From Vicugna vicugna (lineage: Eukaryota): a stretch of DNA of 64,000 bases. Shown here one piece after another: positions 28,001-39,210 of the stretch (positions are counted from its first letter, which is position 1; each line of letters starts with the position of its first letter). The stretch covers positions 2,271,003-2,335,002 of the forward strand of contig MU058065.1 in assembly GCA_013265495.1 (NCBI GenBank). Reading direction: 5' to 3'. The position numbers and the translations under genes are program-made. Below the pieces are notes generated by a model. It searched no databases, was not told the DNA's origin, and saw only the letters and a list, made by a program, of their open reading frames with translations.

Positions 28001-31000
28001 TATATACAACACGGCAGAAAGTGAATGTTTCCGTGTAATCCCATTTCCCAGCATGAGGACCCCTATTAAGTGCCAGGTGTGTCATTTGAGACCCTTTCTA
28101 TGTATTTCACATACATAGGATTACATGGTAACTTCTATTCTATCATCTGCTTTATTCATTAGACAGTATGTCTTGGAAATTTTTTTTATGTCAATTCATG
28201 TGGATCTACCTGATCCTTCTTTTCAGCTGCAAAGCATCCCAAGGCATAAATGTACCATAATTATCCTGCAGATGGCCATTTGCTCCTTGCCTATAACAAC
28301 ACTATAGGGAGCGTTCTTGTGCATAAATCTGTGGCTATGTGGGTCAGAACTCCTGCAGGTAATTTCCTTGAATGAGGATTGCTGGGTCAAAGTCGTTATC
28401 TGCGAATTTTTTTGTTTTGATGGTTATGAATTTACCCTTAAAGCCCTTTTTTGTTTCGAAGAAGACCACAAGAAATTCCAAATATACATATGTTTCCCAT
28501 TGATTTTTCAGTTTCTGCTGAGGCCGTTTGATTATTCAGGGTAAAAGCAGAGATGAAGGATCCCACCTTGGATTCTCAGGTGGCCCCCAGGCGGAACCTG
28601 GGAGAGAGTTCAGGAGCGTCCCGAGCTGAGGCTGGGTGTATCGCGTGCCGGAGCAGCCCTAACATGCAGCACGATGGAGAGACTGAGCACCGAGCCATCC
28701 ACATGTTCCTTCCTCAAGGAGAGGCTCTTAGTGGCCTCCTGTAGTGTCATCTATTCTAAGAGCTTCACTCTTTTTTTTATCATATTTTATAGCTCAAAGC
28801 GTTTGTTATGTAATGAGGACCAAGTTCGCGTCTCTCTCCCTCCATCAGTGCCTCCCTCCCAACCCCCATCTATGGAGAACGGCTGATTGAAGCTCCCTGT
28901 CTCCAATGCAGTGACTGCAAAGGGCATCCCCAAAGGAAAGACAAGGGAAAATCATAAGAAAAACATGCTTTCTTAAATCTGTTGTCCTTCTAGGTCAGCT
29001 AGAGGAGGAGGAAGAGGGGGCCAGCATTCAGGCCCTGCTCCATCTTCTCATTTAATCATCGCAGCAGTCCTGTGAGCTGCACAGTTCTAACATCCCTGAC
29101 CTCTCCATCCTCCGAACCAGGAGGCACACGGAGGTTCAGGAACCTCACCAAGGTCACCCTTAAAAAATGGGAAGTGTTTAATAAAGCATTTCAGAAATCC
29201 ACTGTCAATCTAGAAATGCTGTTTTTTCATTCATCCAGTTAATTCGTATAACTCTCTCATCACATGCCTAGTGTGAAGGTCCTCTGGGACCCTAAGGCGT
29301 GCTCCATCGAGGGCTCTTTTCCCAGGGGGTTAATAGCCTCTCTGGGCCCCGCACCCCGAGCAGGGCTTCTCCCCAGTACTGATCGTGATGGCACTTGCAT
29401 CCGCTCTGACGGGCAACGCTCAGCTCCGCTGCTCAGTTGCTAAATGTTTTAAATATTTTACGTGGGATAAAAGGGTTCTAAGATCAAATTAGTTTGGGAA
29501 ACCTGGGAATAACTAGAGTTGAACAGTTTTCCTCAGAATATCTGTGAACCTTTCTAGTACTTTCTAGTGCTTTCTAGTGCTTTCTAGTACTTTCTAGTAC
29601 TGCTGTATCTTATGAATCTGCAAAAAGAATCGCTTGCCCGGGGCTTCCTAAACTTGCTGGGCTGCAGAGTCTGTTTTGCCCCCTAGGCATCTTGCAGGTT
29701 GTGTGTTCTTTAGATGACATTCTGAGAAATGCTGGTTTAAATCATTCTTGGGTTTTTATTAGTAAGCATGAGTACTGCAAAGGATCAGAAAGCCATAATG
29801 ATAGTTCCTGGATCAGATGAAGAGTGGGCAGGGAGTTGGGGAATGAAGGAAGACAATCATCTTTGGCACTAGATGTACTGAATTCATAGAGTTCTCCTCC
29901 ACTTCTGAGCTGTGTGTCCCTTGGCAAGTTACTTAATTTCTCCAATTGTAGCCTCTCCAGCTATAAAGTAGGACGGCTCATACCCACCTCATGGGGCACC
30001 ATGGATTCTAAATGCATTGGAGTTGTTGGTACGTGGCTGGGCCAGAGTGGACACTGCACAACTTAAGCTCTTCCCCCCCACTCCCTTTTCTTCATGTGCA
30101 CACGTAGACGCTGCCAGAAGAATCATCCTTAGGCAGCTCAGATTCATCCCTTCATTATCTGATAAGGGTCTACTTCTTGCAAAGCACTGTATTCTAAGTG
30201 CCTTATGATCTAGTTAAATTCTACTCAACAGAACTAATGTGATTTTAGTGCTGGCCAAAGACATCATCTCTAGACTACAGAAGGAGAATCCTTTACCAGG
30301 GAAGGAAGAAATAACTGACCTTCTAAGGAAGCTATTTTTGGAAAAGAGAAGTTCTCAAACTGAATTGCTCTCTTCCCTCCAAAGCTACCCTGGAGTTCAG
30401 CCACCACTCATGCCCCTTCTAGAAGTCATCAAGGATGCCCTGAACCTGCCTCTGATTTCTTTAGGGTCTACGAGCACCCCCAGCGACTTATGGTACAATT
30501 TCATCGAGCTGCCCTACCACGGGGAGAGCATCAGCATGCTGATCGCTCTGCCCACAGAGAGCTCCACCCCGCTCTCGGCCATCATCCCACACATCAGCAC
30601 CAAGACCATAGACAGCTGGATGAACACCATGGTGCCCAAGAGGGTGCAGGTCATCCTGCCCAAGTAAGTAGCCCCTTTCCCTCAGAAGACAGCAGGAGTC
30701 CCTGACCCCTGGGAGTGGTGGCATCAGATACTCAGACTGGTGTTCAGAGCGGACTGTAAAAAGACTTGTTTTCCAAACATTTGGCCACTGGCACTGATGG
30801 TATCATTTGACGTCATAGTGAAATGATTATTTTTCCCCCTGTTTTCTGCTTTCCCGCTAGGTTCACAGCTGTAGCACAAACAGATCTGAAAGAGCCGCTG
30901 AAGGTTCTTGGTATCACCGAGATGTTTGATCCATCAAAGGCAAATTTTGCGAAAATAACGAGTATGTTCAGTTTCAATCTTATTCTTACATTTGTAGGCT

Positions 31001-34000
31001 GTGTTACAAACTGGGTCTCTGATTTGTTCAGAAAGCAAAGGTCAGAATTAGGACTGTGTTGCCCTAAAGCTCTCCAAGGTTTAGTTTGATAAATCACCAA
31101 GTGATGCAGCTGAGTCTTGATCATTTAAATCAGCAAAGATCAACCATCCTTGCAATCCACACGTGCATTTCCTCTGAAACCCACGTGACTCCACGCACTG
31201 AAAGAAGCATTTCACGTATTGTCTCTATTACCTAAAAATGTGGCTGTTAATTAGATATTAGTCTCTTTTTTTCCCAAATGGAGACTTTCCCCCGTGTTTG
31301 AAAAAAACTAAGATTTTTGAGCTCTGTTTTGATTTTTTAGCTATTTGCTTAGTTCCACCAAACAACAGCAGGCATGCACTATATTCAGATACGTATTTTG
31401 GCATTTCATGCCTATTAATCTGAAGTAATATAAATTCACAGGAGTCTGAATAGAGCTTTCCTTTCCCAGACCGTCTAGGACACAGCTAGTGTGAGACCCC
31501 TTCATTTGCCAAAGTTACATTTGAAAGGTCAGTGTAGCCACCGTGTAAGCCACCAAAGACAGGCTTAACCATTGTTTGTCCTTCATTTTTTATTCTTCCC
31601 TTTGAGTGATGAGAAAACAGTTCGTGGGCCCTGCAAACGTGCCTCTCATTCACGATCAGTCATGTTAGAGTTGAGCGTTGGTGCGGACAATTTAAAAGTA
31701 GATGACACAAAAAGCACTTTTTCCCTTTGCACCCGACCTGTGTCCCATCAAGGTCAACATTAACTTCAGTTGGCATCCTCCACGAATGCTGCCCCCAGTG
31801 GGCATGGCTGGAATGGTAAGGATTTGCTGAGAAGGAGTGAATTTGCTAGAAGGTCCCAGAGGCACAGCTACATTCCTGAGTCTGCCCCCAGCCGTCTAAC
31901 CTCGCTCCTGCTCTTCTCCCGCCAGGAGATGAGTGACTTCCGTTATGACAGACAGCACTTCCTCTGCCACTAAGTAGCCCTGGGATTGGGGCACAGGTTT
32001 CTTCACACTCTGGGCCTCAGGTTCCCCACCTCTAAGTGCCATCTGCTTTCTGGATCTGACATTCTGTAATTGAAAAATAATACTTTTGGCTCGTTTCTTC
32101 TGAAAAACTCAGCTACCTTTTGAAAGCTCCATCCTTTTTATTTTGTAACAAAATTCTTAGTGATCAGAGTTTAATTGATAAAGGCACTAACACATTTGGG
32201 GTCCAGGACGCCCTCCTCTGAAGTGATGTCACAGTTCACTTAGCAGAGACTGAAATTCACCACAGGTGACAGGCATCCTACAGCCTTTAGTCACCAGGAC
32301 CGTGGCAGGTCACTTCTGACACCTTTTAAGAACTGAAATTCGCCATGGCTTTGAGGCAACCTTCCCAGCCAACCTGCATATCAAACAAATACTGTTTTTT
32401 GTTTTATTTTCTCAAACCAGGGTCAGAAAACCTTCATGTTTCTCATATCTTGCAAAAAGCCAAAATTGAAGTCAGTGAAGATGGAACCAAAGCTTCAGCA
32501 GCAACAAGTAAGCGCTGGGTCTGGCAGCGGGGCTGGTTCTGGTGGAGGGGAGCCAGCCTGCCCTGGTGCACTTGCCAGCTCAGCCCCCGGGTCACGGGCC
32601 CTGTTTCTAGCCCGCCGCTGTGGGTTGACCCTCAGGACACATGGTGAATTTAGGGGGATGCACATCCACAAAGCTCAGAGTCTGTTTCATTAAGGAAGGC
32701 GCCTCAGTAGAGATTCCTCCAGGACAGGAGTCAGCAAACTTTTCCTGTAAAGAGCTAAACAGTACATATGTTCTGCTTTCTGGGCCGCCCAGTCTCCCTC
32801 ACAACTTCCCAGCTCTGCCATTGTAGCGTGAAAGCAGCGTGGACCATACGAGCCAGTGTGCACGGCTGGGTTCCAATAAATCTTTATTTATAAAATCAGG
32901 TCCCTTCAGACTTGGCCCAAGGAGGGTACTTTCCTGACCCCTGCTCTCAGAAGGGTGAAGCATGTTGTGGCTTCTTATTGCCAGAAAAGACTGATCTTTA
33001 TATTGAAACATAAAATTATAGCAACTACTAATAGGAAAATAGCCAATCGGGCCTGTCCAGGACCAAGGGAAGAATTAGCAAGCAGTGACTGAATCACAGC
33101 AGGATTGCGATGGGGCCTTCCTGGGGAGTTAGAACACCCACATTTGCTTTCTCCTCGATGGCAGGTATAATGAAGGAGAAAATGAAACCATCTTAGGTTG
33201 GTTTTTATACCGCTTAATTGTCCATGTGAGATTGGACGAATGGAGCTAGCCAGACTCTGTGAACTCAGAGTGAGTATCTTAGCTAGACTGGTAACTGGGT
33301 CAGATATTTCTGGTCATTGAAAGCTACCATTTATACTCAAAATGGACCCTTTATTGCCTTTCTAGAATAAACATTTAACTCTTATTCCTTTAAAATGACA
33401 TTGAAAATAAAGACCTGAAAAGTGACGTTTAAATGCTGCCCAAGTTATTGACCAGTTTTGCACATCAGTGTAACTGTCAGGACTGGCTACGTCGTTTGCG
33501 GGGCCCTATGCAAAATGAGCCCTTGGTTCAAAACTTACTAAGAATTTCAAGACAGCAACAGGAGAGCACCCATGACCTGAGTGCAGGGCCGTTGCGAGCG
33601 TGGGGCTTTGTGACCGCCCCGGTCACACATGCATAAAGCCAGCCCTGCTGCATCAGTCTCCTAGGGCTGCTGCAGCAAGGCACCACAGGCCAGGCGCCTT
33701 AAGCAGCAGAAACTTATTTCTCATGGTTCTGGAGGCTAGAAGTCCAAGATCAAGGTGTTTGCAGGGTTGGTTTCTCCTGAGCCCCCTCTCCTTGGCCAGC
33801 AGACGGCCACCTTCTCCCTGTGACCTCACATGGCCTCTTCTCTGTGAGCTCCCATCCCTGGTGTCTCCCTCTTTCCTTATAGGGATGCCAGTCCTATCAG
33901 ATTAGAGCCCTATCTTCATGACCTCATTTAAACTTAAGGGCTCCCTTAAAGGCCCTATCTCCAAACACCGTGACACTGGGAGTCAGGGATTCAGCATGCA

Positions 34001-35690
34001 GATTTTGAGGGGCTACAACTCAGTCCATCACTCTTGCCAGCCGTTGATTTGGTTCTAATAACCCTGGCTTGAGTGGTTTACCCAAGCACAGCGATAGATG
34101 TTTCCCTTGTAACATCCCGCCCAAGTCATCAATGCTTCCCAGGGGTTTGAGGGGTTAGACTGGGCCATCGTGCCCGGCAAGTGTGGGGCAGTTATCCCCA
34201 ACACCTACCCTTCTGCAAGGCCTCATCACTGGGCTATTACTGGATCAAAGCTACCATTGGTAAGCAGGGCAGAGTAAACACATCTAAGACCATAAGCCTG
34301 CATACGTTTGCTTTCTAAGTCCAATGTCTGTAATCACATGAGTTGAACAGCAGTATAAGACAGTGGGTCCCATGTGAGCAGTGGACACTGCCGATGCGAA
34401 GAAAATCTAGATGACGTGCCCAAAGGAGGCACAGACAAAAATGGACGAGAAGTGAGCTGGTCCTTGGTGTAGAGAAAGGACTTGAATAGGCTGACAAGAC
34501 CAGGGGCCCCCCTCATCCACTAGGCAGATGGTCTGATGAAAAACAGCAAATAATAACAGTGACTACACACTGGGTGTTTATTGAGTTGTAAGAACTGTAA
34601 TATGTTTTATGTCATTTAATCCTAAAAACCCCCCAAGGAGTAAATATGTTTATTAAAGGAGGTGGTGCTTACTTGGACTAAATGGGACTGACTGCCCGGT
34701 CACATGACATAAAGCCAGCCCTGATGTGTTGGCCTGGGCCGTGGTCCCAGCCCACGGCGGGTGTGTGCTCATGGCGCCCCCTGGGCCTGTTATAGCATGG
34801 CCGGCCTACGGGACGGGAGTCGGGTCCAGCCTTGAGCCACCTTGCTGGCCTCACGCTGGGTGTACAACGTGGTTTCCTTTTCCTCCTGCAGCTGCAATTC
34901 TGATCGCAAGGTCGTCGCCTCCCTGGTTTATAGTAGACAGACCTTTTCTATTTTTCATCCGACACAATCCTACAGGTGAGTGAGTCTCCTCTTCCATTGT
35001 TCACTGGCTGTTAGTCAACTCTTGATTCAGTCCATCTTGGCGCCATGAGTCATGGGTTCAAAGTTGGCTCTGACCTCTAGCTCCCTCTTTAAAATTAGGA
35101 TAACAATAGTTCCTACGTCTCTGTACAATTCTAAAGAATGATTAAGACTCTTATCCCCACCCCCCCAAAATAAATTGTTTTTTTTTAAAGCTGTCTTTGT
35201 GGAGAGCTTGTCCTTATGTTGGTACAGAGTAGAAACTAACATATTTTAGTTGTGACTCTTGTTTAAATCAATAACATAAGCTAGTTCCTTATCCTTGTAT
35301 CTCATCGCATCTTCAGTGTCATAATTACTATGCTTCTGAGCCAACCAGTCCAATACGGGAGCCTCTAGCCACATATGTGTAGTTAATTTTTTAACTTTAT
35401 TAATTAAAGTGAAATGTAAGTAAAAATCCAGTTTCTTAATCACGCTAGCCACATTTCAAGGGCTCAATAACCACATGTGACTAGCGGCTGCCATATTGGA
35501 CAGTGAAGGTACCGAACATCCCCCTCATTGCAGAAAGTTCTGTCAGACAGCAGTACTTAAGAGCTTTGAAACCTTCCCTGCAGTATACCTTCCAGCTTCC
35601 ATTAAGGGTTGTTTTTTACAGAGTTATGCACTGTTTCTTTTTAATTCTCTAGGTGCTGTCTTATTCATGGGGCAGATAAACAAACCTTGA
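15825..35690 (+). CDS. SERPINE2: SERPINE2 / protease nexin-1, spliced CDS join(15825..16083,18859..19086,24939..25136,30465..30663,30861..30961,32421..32507,34892..34975,35653..35690)
   Basis: Exon lengths 259+228+198+199+101+87+84+38 = 1194 nt = 397 aa + TGA; all introns GT..AG with consistent phases. Translation starts [33 protein letters not shown], contains the serpin motif NAVYFKGLW, hinge [10 protein letters not shown] and reactive loop [27 protein letters not shown], and ends LFMGQINKP. Confidence 0.98.
16480..16766 (+). mobile_element. Old L1M 3' end relic
   Basis: ctgcatcttgatggtggtgg...gggggaactgggtgaaagg...tcctgtgactgtatctttattccgaaataaaa; similar to the reverse complement of 804-1100. 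Confidence 0.6.
18264..18385 (-). mobile_element. tRNA-derived SINE (camelid vic-1-like), antisense, with 10-bp TSD
   Basis: Minus strand GGGGGAGGGTATAGCTCAAGTGGTAGAGCACATGCTTAGCATGCACAGGGTCCTGGATTCAATCCCCAGTACC (A- and B-box); TSD TTATACTTTT at 18254-18263 and 18386-18395. Confidence 0.9.
18859..19086 (+). CDS. SERPINE2: SERPINE2 coding exon 2 (lysine-rich heparin-binding helix D region)
   Basis: Acceptor tccttt[22 protein letters not shown]...WVRNETRG; donor GTGAGT at 19087. Confidence 0.97.
19437..19844 (-). mobile_element. L1 3'UTR fragment, antisense, with poly(T) and short TSD
   Basis: Same family sequence as 5505-5870; poly(T) at 19440-19451; CTGCTTCT at 19429-19436 and 19845-19852. 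Confidence 0.85.
20555..20730. mobile_element. MER5A-like relic
   Basis: cttcaaagcgtggttc...ttagaatgcagat...actgaatcagaatccctg. Confidence 0.6.
22185..22430 (+). mobile_element. MIR SINE relic
   Basis: ggtttgaatctcagttctgccac...gctgtgtaacctcaggcaggttactc...taaaatggagataaaatagt. Confidence 0.7.
22687..22877. repeat. (TGGA)n degenerate tetranucleotide repeat
   Basis: ggatggatggatgg... array with interruptions. Confidence 0.92.
23838..23874. repeat. (CA)n microsatellite with CG variants
   Basis: cacgcgcgtgcacacacacacacacacgcacacgcaca. Confidence 0.85.
24528..24742 (-). mobile_element. L1 extreme 3' tail fragment, antisense
   Basis: T-rich tail followed by attgaagtagagttgatttataatgttgtgttagtttctg...ccatgctatacagtagg. 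Confidence 0.75.
24939..25136 (+). CDS. SERPINE2: SERPINE2 coding exon 3
   Basis: Acceptor gtgc[32 protein letters not shown]...SVFRCG; donor GTAAGT at 25137. Confidence 0.97.
29551..29600. repeat. Tandem repeat, 5 x TTTCTAGTRC
   Basis: Five contiguous 10-mers differing only at position 9 (A,G,G,A,A). Confidence 0.95.
30465..30663 (+). CDS. SERPINE2: SERPINE2 coding exon 4
   Basis: Acceptor tcttt[27 protein letters not shown]...VQVILPK; donor GTAAGT at 30664. Confidence 0.97.
30861..30961 (+). CDS. SERPINE2: SERPINE2 coding exon 5
   Basis: Acceptor cccgctAG after a 197-nt intron; [33 protein letters not shown]; donor GTATGT at 30962. Confidence 0.96.
32421..32507 (+). CDS. SERPINE2: SERPINE2 coding exon 6 (serpin hinge)
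   Basis: Acceptor aaacc[31 protein letters not shown]; donor GTAAGC at 32508. Confidence 0.96.
32725..32945. mobile_element. MER58-like relic
   Basis: caggagtcagcaaacttttcctgtaaag...ttccaataaatctttattta...ctgacccctg. Confidence 0.7.
33478..33647 (-). mobile_element. MER45A-like hAT DNA transposon
   Basis: Terminal inverted repeats CAGGACTGGCT ... AGCCAGCCCTG; internal ggggccc...tgcaaaatga...ttcaaaa...aagaatttcaagacagcaacag. Confidence 0.7.
33648..34032 (-). mobile_element. MaLR (MLT1-like) solo LTR
   Basis: ctagggctgctg...cagaaacttatttctcatggttctggaggctagaagtccaagatcaaggtg...gacctcatttaaact. Confidence 0.8.
34892..34975 (+). CDS. SERPINE2: SERPINE2 coding exon 7 (reactive centre, P1-P1' Arg-Ser at 34909-34914)
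   Basis: Acceptor cctgc[31 protein letters not shown]; donor GTGAGT at 34976. Confidence 0.97.
35340..35556. mobile_element. MER3-like relic
   Basis: gtccaata...ctagccacat...gccacatttcaag...ccatattggacag...attgcagaaagttct. Confidence 0.7.
35653..35690 (+). CDS. SERPINE2: SERPINE2 last coding exon (3'UTR continues to about 36390)
   Basis: Acceptor tctct[17 protein letters not shown]. Confidence 0.96.
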
Positions 35691-36251
35691 AAAGGAACCA
35701 TGCAAAGCAAAGACTACTTTGCTAGGAAGAGAAGACTCCTTTCCCACATCTTCCATAGTTCTGTTAAATATTTTTGTACATGACTTTCTTTTTCAAAACT
35801 AGTTCTTAGGAACAGAAACACAATGATGGAGCGTTTCTGTTCTGGGAGGTGTTAAGAGAAAAAAGGGCAGGATGGTTGGAATACTGTACTGAGAAATGAA
35901 TAGAAAGGCTTCAAAATGTCTAAAAGATTCTTTAAACTACTGAGTGGTTACCTAGGTTAACAGCCCTCTTGAGTATTGACTATCCAATTCAGGACTTTTG
36001 TTTTGTTTTGTTTATATGTGTGGCTTTTCAGAAAAAAATTTAATCAGTGTGATGGAGGGGGGAAAGGACATTTTATGGTAGCTTTTACTTTTTTATATGA
36101 AAAAAGTATTATTGGCCTTTTAAAAATTTTTTTCATCTCATCCAAAGTCTTGATAGTAAGCATTATTTTGGGGGTAGAAATAGCTAAATCTCTAGTCTCT
36201 CTGTGTGTCTTTGTTGTTGTTGCTGTTTTATATAATGCATGTATTCACTAA

Positions 36252-36374
36252 AATAAAGTTTAAAAAAAACTAATGTCTTGCTAGACAAGGTTTGCTGTTG
36301 TGCAGTGTGCCTGTCTCTACTGGTCTGAACTCTTTGGATTTGCATTTTTGTATTTTGTACAAAGTAAAAATAAA
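36252..36374 (+). terminator. SERPINE2 polyadenylation signals (AATAAA at 36252-36257 and 36369-36374)
   Basis: Two canonical hexamers 560-680 nt after the stop; TGTA motifs precede the distal one. Confidence 0.75.
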
Positions 36375-37123
36375 GTGTTACAAGTAGTAAAAAAAAAAAG
36401 TCATTTCTCTATTGTTTGAGAATACAAGAAAAATGGATCCTTTTTTAAATACTTTAGCCTCTTGTAGTGAAGACCTTTGCACATAGGCAGACAGCAGGAA
36501 GCCCTGGCCTTCGTCGCCCTCTCTTCTGAACCTGGCCATCAGACTCTGTTCCCTGCCCCAGCACCTCCCAGTTTACGGATCACTTCCGGGGAGCTCCCAT
36601 CACAGTACTCCGGTCCCTGATCTCAGCTGCGGGCTGGGGATTCTCAGCAAAGGTAGGGGTTTTGTAGCAAGAGCAGAAAGAAGTCACTCGGTGAACAGTG
36701 GCTGTTTCATTTTTGGTGATAGGTTGGAGCATTTGTTTTTCAAAATGACAAATTTCTGTGGGGTTTTTTGGTCTTTTTTTTTTTTAAGAACTCACAATTC
36801 TACAGTTACCATTTTTGGGTTTCTTTTGTTGTTGTTTTTACTGATTTCCTAAGGATTTCAGGTATCTTATCTAAATCAGAATAATTAAAAACATTGTTCT
36901 TATCAAAACTTTAGTTTTTTTTCTTTTTTTTAGCCCGTGAACTCTCTTCATCTCTCTTTATACAGTAAAACCTCATATTCAGCTCTCTACCAGTTTGCCA
37001 TTTGTAATTCTGATTTGTCACATGGTCTGAGTTCTGCTGTTTGCATCTATTGAAGTGTGGGTACGTTTTTAACCCAGAGAGAAGGGACACAGGGGGCAAT
37101 TGTTTTCCAATTACAGTTCCAAT

Positions 37124-38430
37124 TACAGCATAATGTTTCAGTCATGCATATACATACATTTTTTCGTTTTCATATTCTTTTTCATTATAGGTTTCTGCAA
37201 GATAATTGAAATAGTTCCCTGTGCTGTACAGAAGAAACTTGTTTTTATCTATTTTATATATAGTAGTTAGTATCTGCAGATCTCCAGCTCCCACCATATC
37301 CCTTCCCATCCCCTTTGCCCCCTGTAACCATAAGTTTGTTTTCTATGTCTGTGATTCTATTTTGTAAATAAGTTCATTTGTCTTTTTTCCTTTTTTTTTT
37401 GTTTAGATTCCACTTATGAGTGATATCGTATGGTATTTATCTTTTCCTTTCTGGCTTGCTTCATTTAGAATGACAATCTTCAAGTCCATCCATGTTGCTG
37501 CAAATGGCATTATTTTATTTTTATGGCTTAGTAGTATTCCATTGTATAAATATACCACAGCTTCTTTACCAGGCATCTATCAGTGGACATTTAGGTTGTT
37601 TCCATGTCTTGGCTATTGTAAACAGTGCTGCTGTAAACTAGTTGTTAAATTTTTTAAAATATATTTTTATTGAAGTACAGTCAGCTTACAATGTGTCAGT
37701 TTCTGGTGTACAGCATAATACTTCAGCCACATAGGAACATACATACATTTGTTCTCATATTCTTCTTCACCATAGGTTTTTACAAGGTATTGAATATAGT
37801 TCCCTATGCTATACAGTATAAACTTGTTGTTTATCTATTTTCTACATATTAATTAGAATCTTGAAATCCCAATCTATCCCTTCTTACCCCTTTCCCCGTC
37901 TTGTAACTGTAAGTTTGTTTTCTATGTCTGTGAGTCTGTTTCTGTTTTATAAATAAGTTTGGCTTTTTTTTAGATTCCACATATAAGTGATATCTTACAG
38001 TATTTTTTCTTTCTCTTTCTGGCTTACTTCACTCAGAATGACAGTCTCCAGGTCCATCCATGTTTCTGTAAATGGCATTATTTTATTTTTTTAATTGCTG
38101 AGTAGTATTCCATTGTATAAATACACCACAACTTCTTTATTCAGTCATCTGTCGATGGACATTTAGGTTGTTTCCATGTATTGACTATTGTAAGTAGTGC
38201 TGCTGTGAACATTGGGGTGCATGTCTCTTTTTTGAATTCAGGTTCCATCTAGATATATGCCCAGGACTGGGATTGCTGGATCATGTAAGTCTATTTCTAG
38301 TTTTTTGAGGACTCTTCCAAACTATTATTTTTTTAGTAAATTGCATGTATCTTCAAATTAGAGTTCCCTCAGATATATGCCCAGGAGTGGAATTGCTGGA
38401 TCATATGGTAAGTCTACTTTTAGTTTTTTG
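37124..38430 (-). mobile_element. Stacked/nested antisense L1 3' fragments (37124-37638, 37660-38320, 38342-38430)
   Basis: Two copies of the same L1 3'UTR/ORF2 end plus a third piece that continues the first copy. Confidence 0.85.
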
Positions 38431-38486
38431 TATCTTCTCTATTTTTCATTTGATCTCCCAACTTATTCATCTGTGTCACTTCCTCC

Positions 38487-38770
38487 TGTTGACCTGAAAC
38501 AAGTAGACTGCCAGATATTTCTCCAGCAAAGATGGGTTTACGCAGGATCAGCAGAGAATTACAATTCAAGGTCTGCAACCATGGCAAGGGAAGGAAATGC
38601 TTGTATAGAAAAGAAGTTGGGAGGGCGATGATAAAGTGGTCATGGCTTCCCATTGGCTGAGTCCTTGCCAGGGAAGGAGTCTGTCTTTTCCCTGTTGGAC
38701 TCAGCTACCTCCACAGGGTGTGAGAGCGCCCCCTTCTGGCCTCCAGACTCTAATTGAGGTTTCTGTTTAA
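38487..38770 (-). mobile_element. Probable short LTR relic
   Basis: Starts tgttgacctg; contains reverse CCAAT (cattggct) and an LTR-like layout; family not recognised. Confidence 0.4.
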
Positions 38771-39210
38771 CTTCTTAAAAAATTGAAGTATAGTTGATTT
38801 ACCATGTTTCAGGGATGCAGCAAAGTGATTCAGTTATAGATGTAGAGAGAGATATATATTCTTTTTCAGATACTTTTCATTATAGTTTGTTACAAAATAT
38901 TGAATATGGTTCCCTGTGCTCTACAGTAGGTCCTTGTTTAACTTCTTTATACTCATCAGTCAACACCCAGATTCTGACCCTGGGCTAACTCTTAGACCCT
39001 GTTTATAATTTCTGGACTTGGGGGAAAAGTTCCTCTCAAATTATTATTTTTAAATATTATCTTTTAATATACTTAATGAGCCTGTAGGCTTTATCTTCCT
39101 TGAAAATAATAAAGTTTATGAAAACTCCTTTACTCGTAGGAAACTGGAATAAACTTAAGATATGGAGACTGACACAAAAATACAGCCCTGTGGCACAAGA
39201 GCGTGTTTGC

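Noticed and set aside
29551..29600. Short regular repeat considered as CRISPR-like
   Set aside because: No spacers, 10-bp unit, mammalian intron.
33611..34725. About 38-bp similar segments at 33611-33650 and 34689-34725 (ggtcaca...cataaagccagccctg)
   Set aside because: The first is the terminus of a MER45-like transposon; the second has indels and mismatches and is most simply another remnant of that family, not a recent local duplication.
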